A DNA stretch of 64,000 bases from Mobula hypostoma. Lineage: Eukaryota. Of the stretch, positions 1 to 13,141 are shown piece by piece; positions within the stretch are counted from its first letter, which is position 1; each line of letters starts with the position of its first letter. The notes below the pieces were generated by a model. The model was given only the letters and a program-made list of their open reading frames with translations, was not told where the DNA came from and ran no database searches. The stretch covers positions 11,038,001-11,102,000 of the forward strand of contig NC_086109.1 of assembly GCF_963921235.1 (NCBI RefSeq). The letters run 5' to 3'. Position numbers and translations under genes: made by a program.

Positions 1-1554
1 ACCAATCCTTTCCGTCTGCAGAGTATCCATATCCCATCATTCTCTGCACATTCACATGCCTACGTAAGAGACTCTTCAAAACCTCTAGTGTATTTGCCTC
101 CACTACCACCCCTGGCAATGCATTCCAGGCACTCTCTGTGTAAAATAACAACCACGCGAAATTCTGCAGATGCTGGAAATCTAAAACAACATACACAAGA
201 TGCTGGAGCAACTCACGAGAAATTCCTGCATTCCTCCAGCAATAACGTGCCCTTCTCACCTTAAATGCTTGCCCCCTGGCATTATGTAGGTTTTCTACTT
301 TGTCCTTCTATAGGAATGCAAAGGGAATTAAATAAATATGAAGAAAACAGTATAATGTGTATGAATTGAAATTGCAGCTCTTGCCAAGTTAGATAGTGTC
401 ATGGAAAGAGAGAATTATACTTTGAAGTTCAGATTTACTTTGCTGAAGGATTTCTTATTTGGAGGCCAGGTATTGGAAGGGAGAAACCAGACTGTTTGCT
501 GCTGATATCTATACAAGAGAGCCCAAGTTGTAAAGAATGAGTTAACAAGGTAACCAAAGTCTTTGGTTTGTCACATTCAGCTGATCTTCAGTGTCTACAC
601 AAGAAGTACATAGAACGAGAGGTTGCTTAGTGTCTGTAGTGACCTATCGGTGAGAAACCTAGGAAGATGAGTTGGGGAAATTAACGAAAGGATTTGGTTT
701 AAAATTTATCAGGCCACTATTGGGCCAAAGTAAACCCATTGTGGGCTAAGCTGTGATTGGAGGTCCTGTGAAGTTCTTTGGCAGGTTTTATGATCAGTCA
801 AGGTGTTTTTTGTAAGTTCATGAAATATTCAACAAAAAAGCAACACTTTTAGAAGCTACCATGAATCCCACCCCCCACCTCAAATTTTAACATGGACCCC
901 ATTGGCTTCAAATCCATTTTCCAGTAGTGGGAAATTCAGAGCTATTGAGGAGATCTGAGTTGAAAGTGTGTTGTAGAGATGAGCCTTTCCGTTGTTCATA
1001 ATGGAGAACTGCAGATCTTCCAAATGAAGGAATGTTTCTCCAGTGTCCTGCTTCCAATTCGTGGTTATTAAACATCTTGTGTAAGTTGGTCCCGAGGCCA
1101 AAAAGTTCAAGATAAAGGTTGAAATTACAAAGAGCCAGTGCAGACAGATGCTTAGATCGGTGTTAGGAAACTGGCTACTTAGTGTTGCAAAAGTGGACTA
1201 AACTTAAAATTTACTTTTGCATTTTACACCACTGGTTATCTGAGTTCCATTTTTGGTCATCGATTGTGGAACAGAAGTATTGAATGTACAGATATTCCCT
1301 CAATATATGAATTCAATCTAAACGTTCATCGTTAAAGACATCATAAGATGAAAGAGCATGTTTTCAACTTTGTAACATTAAAGGAAATAATGTTACACAG
1401 AAGACATGTCTATTAAGTTATATGAAGGGGGCTGGTGTAGTTCCTTGTTTAAAATTTTCACCTGCAAAGGTAATGACTGCCAGAAATTACTTTTTGAGCT
1501 CTGATTGGCTCTCGGTAATGAGATGGCCAGAAGGATCTTTATCTTTTCTGAGTT

Positions 1555-1612
1555 CTACTTCTTTTGAAAGGGCTTCTTAAAAGCCATTGACTTGGTTCCT
1601 AAACGCTTGGCC
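1555..1612 (-). CDS. Candidate terminal coding exon, (R)AKRLGTKSMAFKKPFQKK*, unidentified gene
   Basis: Minus strand reads cctctgtactgtacacag|G GCC AAG CGT ... AAG AAG TAG within a repeat-poor ~2.7 kb block. No homolog recognised. Confidence 0.25.
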
Positions 1613-3427
1613 CTGTGTACAGTACAGAGGCTAAGTGCACTTAACACAAACTTCTTTCCATTAACCACTCTGGCATCATGATTTTGGGAATGAGGAGAAC
1701 TAATACTGTTACATTGTGTTCCTGTGTGGTTTTTACTTTGATAGAATGATGTTGCTACCCTTTTCAAACTGAGTCCTGAATTGATAAGACACCCACTTAG
1801 TGATAGCACTTAGCACTCATTTGAATGTTGGAACTTCTGAATTTATATTCGGCAAGCAATGCGCATTTTAGTTCAGTGACAGTAATTAATGTAAGCCAAA
1901 CTCTGTATCATATCAAAATAAGTGTGCATTTAAAAACTGTGAGTACAAATCTCACCCAATGTGACCATATATGCCATTGCGTTTCTCATAGGAAAAGGTT
2001 TGTGAGGATGAGTGGTATTTATTCCTTATATCTAATTGTCAAACAATTCAGTTTACAGTTCACAACAGAGTGAGTCTGGAGGTGCATTTTACCCAAGGAC
2101 CATGTGAGAGTATGAGGTTGGTCTCACCAACTAGCCTAACATTTGCACGTTAAAGTGGTGCTGTGAGAGGGGCCCCTGTCGTTTAACCTCTGGAGCGAGG
2201 CATTGTAATTCCAGTATATGTAATGATTTACATATCATGTCCTTCAGAAGCACACGTGAGGACTGTGTTACGCCTGCCAGTGTAACTCTATGTTCAATTG
2301 TAGGAGTTCAGGGCAATTAAATGGTCTTGTACAATCATTTCCATATTTAAGCTGGAGTTGGGCTACATTCTTGCTTTGTCTGTGAAGTTGCTGGACTCTG
2401 GCTCCCATTGGACCTAACTCTGCAAAGTGAATACCAAAGAATGCATTAATAAGTTGTGAGCTGCCAAGTCACGTATAGACGGGAGATCTCAGGCCTCCAC
2501 TGGTTAAAGAGCTTCAAGTATATCTAGCACCTTTGACAAATGTGTGTTTAAAAAAAAATCTATTTTTTGTTACACTTTCCAATATACCATTTCTATAAGC
2601 TCCTTGATGTTTTCAGCACTACAAGATCCACTGAATAGATTTCATATTTTTTTTATTTAATTAAGTCACTCCAGCACCCATCGAATCCTCAGGTCAGAAA
2701 CTTGAAGTAGAGTTTTATCAGCTTCCAGTACTCAAGTCTATGATTTATTTACTGGAGAACCATTCTGTCATCTGGTGCAAGAGGTTATCTGTTTTGTGAG
2801 CTTGGCAGTGTGGGAATTATGGACACCTTGAAGTGAACCTCCAAGGTTCCCTCAAAGTTGAAAATTTTGATAGTAGAAATAAGCTCAAAACAGGGAAGGT
2901 CAACAGAAAAAAAAACTTTCAATCATCTCACATTGTTTTCTTCAGTCTTGAAATGTTAACTGTTGCATTTAAAGCAAGTTACAGAATTTGGATATTTGAG
3001 TTGTCTTATTCTATTCAGACACCCAAATAATGATTAAATATATTGCCAATGACTTTAACACAACAGCATATTCATAAATTTATTGTATATTGATGAATGT
3101 ATGATTTATATTTGGGATCTGGGCATTACTGCCAAGGCTACCATTTGCCGTCCATCAATTGGCACTTGAAAATGGTGGTGAGCAAGAGGCTTGCCTGGCC
3201 ATTAAAAGTTAACCACATCGGGATGGTCGGATGTGGGTTTTTAATGACAATCTGGTAGTTTTGTAGCCATCATTGCCAACGGTACTTGTTATTGTCCAGA
3301 ATCCAAATTCCACAAATACAGTGGTGGGATTTGAACTCTGGTCCGTGGAGTATAGGTCCAGATCTCTGATCATTAGGCAATAATCTAAATGTTAGACCAA
3401 CCCTGTTCTACTTAAATCTGATATGTA

Positions 3428-3980
3428 CAGTACTGTGCAACAGTCTTCTGCACATATATATGGCTAGGGTACTTAAGACTTTTGCACGGTACTCTAGTAT
3501 AATTTTCTGTGTTGCATTGTACTGATGTCGCAACAAAAAAAAAATCATGACATATGTCAGTGATGACAAACCTGAGTCTGATACTGGTCTCTGTTGTGGA
3601 CTGAGAGTGGGAAGGGGACCAGGAGAGGGGATTCGTGGATGGGAAAAGGGGAAGAGAGCGGGAAGCACCAGAGAGACATTCTGTAATGATCAATAAACCA
3701 ATTGTTTGGAATCAAATTACCTTGCCTGGTGTCTCAGGGCTGGGTGTGTCTGCACACTCACAACCACCCCCACCCCACCCCACCGGCACTTCCTCCATGC
3801 CACCTGTCCCACACCCTTCCTACAGAGCTGCACCCTCACCATTCCTAACATCCTTTGCTCCAGCCAGATTTACAAACTTGCTCTCTGCTCCACATTGACA
3901 AATACAGTAATGTGCAAAGGTCTTAGCACCCGAGCTATAAACGTATACTGTACAGTGCCTAAGACATTCGCACAGAACTG
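3428..3980 (+). mobile_element. Composite non-autonomous Tc1/mariner element: two mini-MITEs (3428-3494, 3905-3980) flanking a ~410 bp passenger
   Basis: TIR-like CAGTACTGTGCAA..AGTCTT at four positions, TA on both outer flanks. Second copy inverted at 46006-46499. Same TIR on the Tc1 remnant at 50934-51349. Confidence 0.8.
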
Positions 3981-4214
3981 TAAATGCAACTGGTTGGTTG
4001 TGGTCAACCATAGAAATGCTAGCCTACAATAAATCAAGAAGTGGCAATGCAAGTGACTGTTTTGGTTTTCCAGCTCATCACACAAAAACTCTGGTTTTGA
4101 AGTGTCAACATTTCCCTACACGGACAATACATGGGCGTAGGTAAATGTGAGAATTCACTCTCTCCTGTGTAGACTGAACAGTTTTGCAACCTCTAGACCT
4201 CACTTAGACTTTTG

Positions 4215-4550
4215 CCAGAAGATGCATGAAACACGCTCAAGAAATATGCATGTGGTGCATTCAGGAGTATGTGTGTGGTATACTTGTGTGGAATATAGAT
4301 GTACCACTTTAAGCAGGAGCATGCATGCGCCAAGCTCAGAGGAAATAACTTGTGTGCTCTGTAGGTACGTATATGTTTGCATGCTCAAGAGGAACGTGTG
4401 TGGAGCATGCCTAGGAGAAATGTATGTGGAGATACCAGCATTTTACAAGCTCAGGAGGAAGCTAGTCAGCAGAAACCCGTACCACGCTTAGGAGGAACTT
4501 GCGTGCAATATACATAGAAGTGTGTATGTAGTGTGCTCAGGAGGAACAGG
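4215..4550. repeat. Degenerate minisatellite-like tract
   Basis: Recurrent (at)gctca(a/g)gaggaa...gtgtgtgg motif at irregular spacing. Confidence 0.5.
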
Positions 4551-4912
4551 CCTTGAACAATACTCTAGAGAAATCAAGGAAGGCTGGAGGGAGGCCTCAG
4601 CTAAAATTATGAGAGGCATAAATATGGTAAACAGTCAAGGTTCTTGATTAGGGCATCAAAGGTTACGGAGAGAATGAGATTGAGAAGGTTAATGAGTCAA
4701 TCATTATCTTTTGAAATGACAGAATTCTCCTATGTTTAATGGTCTTACGATCACTTTCCCAAGGTAGAGGACACACACTTAAGGTGAGGGGAGAAAGTCT
4801 AACAGAGATATGCGGGAAATGTTTTACACAGAATAGTAAGTACTGTATGTGGAATGGGCTGTCAGAGGTGGTGGTGGAAGCAAACACAACAGGATCATTT
4901 AGGGGTCTTTTA

Positions 4913-6448
4913 GATAGAACATAGAACAGTACAGCACAGTACTGGCCCTTTGGCCCACATTGTTGTGCCAACCCTCAAACGCTGCCTCCCATATAACCTC
5001 CCACCTTAAATTCCTCCATATACCTACCTGTCTAGTAGTCTCTTATAGTGTATCTGCCTCCACCACTGACTCAGGCAGTGCATTCCTCGCACCAACCACT
5101 CTCTGAGTAAAAAACCTTCCTCTAATATCCCCTTTGAACTTCCCAACCCTTAAAACCATGTCCTCTTGTATTGAGCAGTGGTGCCCTGGGGAAGAGGCGC
5201 TGGCTATCCACTCTATCTATTCCTCTTATTATCTTGTATACCTCTATCATGTCTCCTCTCATCCTCCTTCTCTCCAAAGAGTAAAGCCTTAGCTCCCTTA
5301 ATTCTGATCATAATCTATACTCTCTAAACCAGGCAGCATCCTGTTAAATCTCCTCTGTACCCTTTCCAATGCTTCCACATCCTTCCTATAGTGAGGCAAC
5401 CAGAACTGGACACAGTGCTCCAAGTGAGGCCTAGCCAGAGTTTTATAGAGCTGCATCATTACCTCGCAACTCTTAAACTCTATCCCTCGACTTATGAAAG
5501 CTAACACCCCATAAGCTTTCTTAACTACCCTATCTACCTGTGAGGCAACTTTCAGGGAGCTGTGGACATGTACCCCCAGATCCCTCTGCTCCTCCACACT
5601 ACCAAGTATCCTGCCATTTACTTTGTACTCTGCCTTGGAGTTTGTCCTTCCAAAATGTACCACCTCACACTTCTCCGGGTTGAACTCCCATCTGCCACTT
5701 CTCAGCCCACTTCTGCAACCTATCAATGTCTCTCTGCAATCTTCGACAATCCTCTACACTATCTACACCACCACCAATCTTTGTGTCGTCTGCAAACTTG
5801 CCAACCCACCCTTCTACCCCCACATCCAGGTTGTCAATAAAAATCATGAAAAGTAGAGGTTCCAGAACTGATCCTTGTGGGACACCACTAGTCGCAACCC
5901 TCCAATCTGAATGTACTCCCTCCACCATGACCCTCTGCCTTCTGCAGGCAAGCCAATTCTGAATCCACCTGGCCAAACTTCCCTGGATCCCATGCCTTCT
6001 GACTTTCTGAATGAGCCTACCGTGTGGAACCTTGTCAAGTGCCTTACTAAAACCCGTTAGATCACATCCACTGCACTACCCTCATCTATATGCCTGGTCA
6101 CCTCCTCAAAGAACTCTATCAGGCTTGTTAGACATGCTCTTCCCTTCACAAAGCCATGCTTACTGTCCCTGATCAGACCATGATTCTCTAAATGCCCATA
6201 GATCCTATCTCTGAGAATCTTTTCCAACAGTCTTCCCACCACAGACGTAAGGCTCACTGGTCTATAATTACCCGGACTATCCCTACTACCTTTTTTGTAC
6301 AAGGGGACAACGTTCACCTCCCTCCAATCCTCTGGTACCATTCCCGTGGACAACGAGGACATAAAGATCATAGCCAGAGATTCAGCAATCTCTTCCCTCA
6401 CCTCGTGGAGCAGCCTAGGGAACATTCCGTCAGGCCCCGAGGACTTAT
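4913..6448 (-). mobile_element. CR1-clade (HER1-like) LINE, 5'-truncated, frameshifted ORF2 reverse transcriptase
   Basis: Motifs KSSGPDG, PGNYRPVSLTSVVG, SGVPQGSVL, KFADDTK, RPHLEHCVQFW. (TTCTATG)n-type tail. Nested in an older plus-strand CR1 3' end (~4760-4912, resuming ~6460). Confidence 0.95.
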
Positions 6449-7606
6449 AGGTCTTAATGTATAGATAGACACATGAATATGGAGGGATGGGGATCGTGTG
6501 CAGGTAGGAGTGATTTAGCTTGACACTGTTGGGCAGGCTCCCCCTCCACACCCCTCTGCCCCGGGAAGCAGTAGAGGCTACCTCGTTAAATTCATTTAAG
6601 ATACAGATAGATTTTTTTGAATCGAGGGTTATGGGAAAAAGACAGGTAATTGGAGCTGAGTCCATGGTCGTAAATCACAAAGCAGACTCAATTGCCGACT
6701 GCTGCTCCTGTTTATTATGTTCGAGATATTGTGGGCTGACTGGCTTGTTGTCGTGCCACACTGTTCTATGTTTTGTGTTCTGCATCCTTTTCCCGGCAAA
6801 AAAACCTTCAATTTTGACACAAGTTCTTCAGTTTTTTAAAGTATCTCCAAAAATGTAAATCTTTCCTGCCAATTCACTTAACCTCTTGAACCAACCAGAA
6901 ACCTAACTTTATATGTGCAAATTATCATTTCCTAAAAGAACTAGTTCAAAATGAATGGATTTTTAACATAATATTATGAATGATCTCATCTTTCTTCATA
7001 CTCTGAAAGCTCGTTGGAAATGTGTGGTTTACTACTTAAGAATTTCTCACATTCTTTGCCTAGGTGAAGATGGTTGTGTTGCTGGATGTAAAGAGCTAGA
7101 ATTAGCATGCATTGTCAAAGTAATGAAGTAATAATTGGTCAACAATTAAATTGTCACATGTACCAAGACACGCCTGAAAAACTTGTCTTGCTCCATCCAT
7201 ACAATTGATATCATTAAAGTTCAAATTAAATTTTATTATCAAAGTACATATATGTCACCATATACAGCCCTGAGATTCATTTTCCTGTGGGCATACTCAG
7301 CAAATCTATAGAATAGTAGCTACTGTATAACAGGATCAATGAAAGATCATCCAGAGTGCAGATGACAACAAACTCTGCCAATGCAAAGAAAAATAAGTAG
7401 GAATAAACAATGAGAAAATGACATAAAGAGACCTTAATGTGAGGTCATTGGTCTTAGGAACATTTCAATGATGGGGCAAGAGAGCGTAGTTATCCCCTTG
7501 TATTCAAGAGCCTGATGGTTGAGGAGTAGTAACTGTTCTTGAACCCAGTGGTGTGAGTCCTGAGGCTCTTGTACTGCCACCTGATGGCAGCAGTGAGAAA
7601 AGAGCA

Positions 7607-8132
7607 AGGAACACACATCAAAGTTGCTGGTGAACGCAGCGGGCCAGGCAACGTCTCTAGGAAGAGGTACAGTCGACGTTTCAGGCCGAGACCCTTCGTC
7701 AGGACTAACTGAAGGAAGAGCTAGTAAGAGATTTGAAAGTGAGAGGGGGAGGGGAAGATCCAAAATGATCGGAGAAGACAGGAGGGGGAGGGATAGAGCC
7801 AAGAGCTGTACAGGTGATTGGCAAAAGGGATATGAGAGGATCATGGGACAGGAGGCCCAGGGGGAGGGGGGGAAACCCAGAGGATGGGCAAGGGGTATAG
7901 TGAGAGGGACAGAGGGAGAAAAAGCAGAGAGAGAGAAAGGATGTGTGTATATAAATAAATAACGGATGGTGTACGAGGGGGAGGTGGGGCATTAGCGGAA
8001 GTTAGAGAAGTCAATGTTCATGCCATCAGGTTGGAGGCTACCCAGATAGAATATAAGGTGCTGTGCTACCCAGACGGAATATAAGGTGTTGTACAACCCA
8101 GACGGAATATAAGGTGTTGTACAACCCAGACG
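7607..8132 (-). mobile_element. Penelope-like element, young subfamily, 5'-truncated
   Basis: Closely matches ~53880-54345. C-terminus LGSLQPDGMNIDFSNFR*. TSD GAAAAGAGCA at 7597-7606 and 8133-8142. Confidence 0.9.
7671..7706 (-). ncRNA. Minimal type I hammerhead ribozyme motif (PLE-borne), core intact
   Basis: Minus strand AGUC-CUGACGA-AGGGUCUCGGCCU-GAAAC-GUC^GACU: conserved core, stem I AGUC/GACU, palindromic ACGU helix III. Confidence 0.75.
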
Positions 8133-9219
8133 GAAAAGAGCACGGCCTGGGTGGGGGAGATCTTTGATCATGGATGCTGCTTTTCTACCACAACATTTTA
8201 TATAGATGTACTCAAGGGCATTGGTGTTTCCATACCAGGCTGTGATGCAGCCAGTCAACTGCCTTCTGCTAGTTTGTCAAAGTTTTAGATGCCATAACGA
8301 ATCTCCGCAGACTCCCAGGGAAGCAAGGGCTCTGCAGTGCTTTCTTTGTGAGTGCACTTACGTGCTGGGTCCAGGATAGGACCTCTGAAATAGTAACACC
8401 CAGGAATTTAAAGTTGCTAACCCACTCCACCTCTGATCCTCCGATAACAAAAGTGCATCAAGGTAATACAAGGTAAAACAGTAATACATTCAGAATAAAA
8501 TGTTGTAGAGAAAATGCAGTGCGGATAGACAAGGTGCAAGGCCAAAACAAGATAAACTGGGAAGTCAAGAGTCCATCTTATGGAAATATTATAACAGAGG
8601 GATAGAAGCTGACCAGGAGCCTGGTGGTACACGCTTTCAGGCCTCCGTGTCAGAGGGGAGAACAGCATGTACGAAGTCTTTGATTATGTTGACGGCTTTA
8701 CTATAGGAGTGAGAAACATAGACAGAGTACGTGGAAAGGAGGTGTGTTGGTCGGTGTCCGTAGCTCTCTGCAGTATCTTCTGGTCAAGGGCAAAGCAGTT
8801 GCCATACCGTGCTATGATGCATCCAGATTAGATGCTTTCTGTAGTGCGTCACTAAAACTTAGTAAATGTCAGTGGGGAAATGACAAATTTCTTAAGCCTC
8901 CTGAAGAGTGCAGGCCTCGATAAGCTTTCTTGGCTGTGGCGTCAATGTGGTTGGACCAGGACATGCTATTGGTGATGATCACTCCTAGGAATGTGAAAAT
9001 CTCAAACCTCTCGACCTTACTGCCATTGATGCAAACAGGAGTGAGTGCACCACCACCCAACCTGCAGAAAATGATACTGGTGACACAAAGTCCCAGTGAT
9101 AAAAACACTCTTGAAACAACATTTTACATAGATGTTTAGGATTCAAGTGTTGGAGAGAATTCACTGGATTTATCTGAGTCATTCTGTTCAACATCAGTGC
9201 CAAGTCTCCTCAATATCTG

Positions 9220-9730
9220 AACCAGAATCAAGTTTAATATCATTGGCATCTGTTGTGACATTTGTTAACTTTGCAGAGGCAGTACAATGCAATGCATGAC
9301 AAATATATTAAAAATCTGAATTATAGTAAATATAAATGTATGTTAAATAGTTAATTTAAAATAAGTAAAGCAAAACAAAATTAAACAAGTAATGAGGTAG
9401 TGTTCATAGGCTCAATGTCCATTCAGAAATCAAAAGCTGTTCTTGAATCATCGAGTGTGTGCCTTCGGGACCTATACCTTCTTCCTGATGGTAACGATGG
9501 GAAGAGGGCATGTCCTGGATGACGGTGGTCCTTAATGATGGACTCTCACTTCTGAGGCACCACTCCTTGAGGATTTATTGGATACCACGGAGACAAGTAT
9601 CCATGATGGAGCTGACCAGTTTTACCACTCTGGAGTTTACTTCAATCCTGTGCAGTAGCTCCCCCTCCCCCATACCAGACAGTGATACAGCCAGACAGAA
9701 TGCTCTCTGTGGTACATCTGTAGAAGTGTA
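9220..9730 (-). mobile_element. Rex1/Babar-type 3' end
   Basis: Tail agaaccagaatcaagtttaatatca and body similar to 30070-31020 and 33455-34070. Confidence 0.65.
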
Positions 9731-10212
9731 TATCAGCATGGTTACTGGAGTAACCAAAGTAACAACACTTTGGAATTACAACTCCACAGTAGTAGCTGTA
9801 TTCATTTCAATGTAGTGCATAGGTCCCTTCCAGAATTAGAAACAGTAGCTGCCGCTTGTATATACATAGCACCTTCTTTACAGTGTAGATAGCTTTTATC
9901 TAGAAGAATAATTGCTCAAGAATAGGTCTGTAGCTAAGCAACCAGCAGTTATCCTAAATTGTAGCTTCCTCAATCCAGAAATGTTTTGCACCACAGATGT
10001 TGTCCAAAACGGATCTAGCTTTGTCACTTGGCCCTCTGCCAAAGCCACCATGTTAGTAGCTGTTTTTTGTTTGGAAATAAAAGGATGTGATCTTTGCAGC
10101 ATGGCTACACTTCCTTAATACTGCAGGATAGGCCTTGAGATGACCCTGAATATGTTCATTGAGAACTGCCTCTCTGTTTCCCTTTTAGAAATTTGGGGTC
10201 TGTCCACTCCCA

Positions 10213-11560
10213 AAGACATAGGAGCAGAATTGGGCCATTCTGGTCATCAAGTCTGCTCCATCATTTCATCCTGGCTGATCTATTTTCCCTCTCAACCCCA
10301 TTCTCTTGCCTTCTCCCCATAACCTTTGATGCCCTTACTAATCAAAAACCTATCAACCTCTGCTTTAAATATACCCAATCATTTGGCTTCCACTCCCGTC
10401 TATGGCAATGAATTCCACAAAATCATCACTTTCTGACTAAAAGAATTCCTCCTCGTCTCTCAAAGGGAAGTAATTTCTATTCTGAGGCTGTGCCCTCTGG
10501 TCCTAGCCTCACCCACTGTTGGAAACATCCTCTCCACGTTCACTCTTTCTGGGCCTTTCAATATTCAAAAGGCTTTAATGAGATCCCCCCACGTTTTTTG
10601 AAACTCAAGCAAGTACAGGCCCAAAGCATCAAATGCTCCTCATACGTTAACTTTTTCATTCCTAGGATTATTCTTGTAAGTGACTTACTACCACATCCCT
10701 TTGCATAAGAAATTTCTGAATTTGCTTCTTGTTTAGAAACCTCCAATTTTGTCGTGGTTTGGAGGCTCGTGTGCCTCAATGACCCAGAGAGCAATGTTGG
10801 CTGGAGTCAGGGCCTTATGCTTTAACTCTTGGTAGGGTCACCCACGCTAGACAGGTCAAAGGGTAAAGAACAGACTTAGAGTGATCCATCAGTCCTCCAA
10901 GTTTAGGGGTTCAGCTCAGGGCTAACAACTCAAACTAGTAAAACAAAATTGTTATGAAACAGCAATGAAGAATCCTTCTACATCTGAGTATGATGGTATT
11001 CCTGAGTCCCCAACTGGGACTTGCATGACTGACAGTAGTAAAAACCTAGAGGAAGCTACTGACCTGATGAAGAAAGCTTAGAACACCACCGAAGATAGAA
11101 GACCTTCACTGCCGTCCTAAACGCCAGTGGACTAACAGGCAGTAAGTAACTTCCCATTAAGAAAATAGTCTGCACCTTTATTCCTTTCACCAAATGCATG
11201 ACCATATACTTCCTTACACTGTACTAGATCTTCCATTTCTTCCAGATCTTGCCCATTCTCCCAATCTGTCCAACTCCTTCTCAGACTCTGTGCTTCCTCA
11301 ACCCTATTTGACCCTCCATCTATCTTTGTAACATCCACAAACTTGGCAACAAAGCCATCAACTCTGTCATCCAACTCATTAGCATATCACGTGAAAAGTA
11401 ATGGACCCAACACAGACTCTTGCGGAACACCACTAGTCACCGGCAGCCAACCAGAAAAGGTCCCCTTCATTCCCACTCTTTGCCTTCTGCCAGTCAACCA
11501 ATCTTCCATCCATGTTAGTATCTTTCCTGTAATCCCAACGGCTCTTACCTTGTTAAGCCA
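10213..11560 (-). mobile_element. CR1 LINE fragments split by an RTE-like insert
   Basis: RRQRVG..SGWLPVTSGVPQESVLGPLLF, FVAKFVDVTKI, and a CR1 3' end. Confidence 0.85.
10745..11150 (+). mobile_element. Non-autonomous RTE-related element (SINE-like)
   Basis: ggggttcagctcagggctaacaac motif. Reverse-strand copies at ~59600-59850 and ~60145-60470. RTE assignment is from recall. Confidence 0.55.
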
Positions 11561-11574
11561 CCTTGTGCACCATC

Positions 11575-12560
11575 TTAAGACCATAAGACCATAAGATATA
11601 GGAGAAGAAGTAGGCCATTTGGCCCAACGAGTCTGCTCCGCCATTCAATCATGGCTGATCCAATTCTTCCAGTCATCCCCACTCCCCTGCCTTCTCCCCA
11701 TACCCTTTGATGCCCTGGCTAATCAAGAACTTATCTATCTCTGCCTTAAATGCACCCAATGACTTGGCCTCCACAGCCGCTGGTGGCAACAAATTCCACA
11801 GACTTACCACCTGCTGACTGAAGTAATTTCTCCGCATCTCTGTTCTAAATGAACGTCCTTCAATCCTGAAGTAATGCCTTCTTGTCCTAGAATCCCCAAC
11901 CATGTGAAATAACTTTGCTATATCTAATCTATTCAGGACTTTTAACATTTGAAATATTTCTATGAGATCCCCCTTCATTCTCCTGAACTCCAGGGAATAC
12001 AGCCCAAGAGCTGCCAGACATTCCCCATACTGTAACCCTTTCATTCCTGGAATCATTCTCATCAATCTTCTCTGAACCCTCTCCAATGTCAGTATATTCT
12101 TTCTAAAATAAGGAGCCCAAAACTGCACACAATACTCCAAGTGTGGTCTCACGAGGCCTTCTAGAGCCTCAACATCGCATCCCTGCTCTTATATTCTATA
12201 CCTCTAGAAATGAATGCCAACATTGCATTCACCTTCTTCACAATCGACTCAACCTAGAGGTTAACCTTTAGGGTGTCTTGCACAAGGACTCCCAAGTCTC
12301 TTTGCATCTCTGCATTTTGAATTCACTCCCCATCTAAATAATAGTCTGCCTGTTTATTTCTTCCAAAGTGCATGAACATACACTTTCCAACATTGTATCT
12401 CATTTGCCACTTCTTTGCCCATTCCCCTAAACTATCGAAGTCTCTCTGCAGGCTCTCTGTTTCCTCAACACTACCCGCTCCTCCACCTATCTTTGTATCA
12501 TCAGCAAATTTAGCCACAAATCCATTAATCCCATCGTCCAAATCATTGACATACATCGTT
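11575..12560 (-). mobile_element. CR1 LINE 3' ~1 kb
   Basis: FVAKFADDTKIGG, RPHLEYCVQFWAP, GIKGYGEKAGEWG*. (CTTATGGT)n tail. Confidence 0.95.
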
Positions 12561-13141
12561 AAAATCTTGCCAAAGGCCTTTTGAAAATCCAAGTAAACAA
12601 CGTCCACTGATTCTCTTTTGTCTATCCTGTCTGTTTTGGCCTGAAATGTCAACTGTTTGTTCCCCTCCACTGACTTGTTGCCTGAGCTGCTGAGTTCAAC
12701 CAGTATTTTGTGCATGTTCCTTCAGATTTCTGGCATGTGCAGAATCCCTTCTCACTTTGTATAAAAACAAACTTTACCTGTTCTTACCTGCTATTCATCA
12801 GTTGCCTCCTTGCCAAAGCCACTCGAGTCTAAGCCTCAGACCTCAGACATTTACATTGGCCCACTCACACAAAGGCCACTCCAAAATGACCTCTGGGACC
12901 CCGGCCTCACCCCTTGAACCAAAGCAGCAGTTGCCCCACTTTGTGCACTCTGACAATGGCTGCTTTGCGTAAACCTAGCCTCTGTTTAATTGCACTTGCC
13001 AATTGCCGAATTGCCCAATCAACCTCAAACTCAGCAGAAAATCCCAACAGGCCCCCCTTGCTTTTTAAATCTGGTGCTACTTATGATTATCCAGCAACAT
13101 CTGGATCGGCATGTGCTCTTTTAAAAGCGGGTTCAGGTCAA

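Larger units (their letters stand above)
7217..9065 (-). mobile_element. Rex1/Babar LINE 3' remnants, interrupted by a PLE and other inserts
   Basis: Peptides TGCITAWYG, HPGRALF, INGSKVERFEIFTFLGVIITNSMSWSNHIDATAKKA. Tail ending gataataaaatttaatttgaacttt. Confidence 0.8.

Noticed and set aside
7064..7132. Plus-strand exon after tctcacattctttgcctag
   Set aside because: Short frames, weak donor, no partner exon or homology.
8040..8135. CRISPR-like array
   Set aside because: Head-to-tail tandem units with no spacers, derived from PLE sequence in a eukaryotic context.
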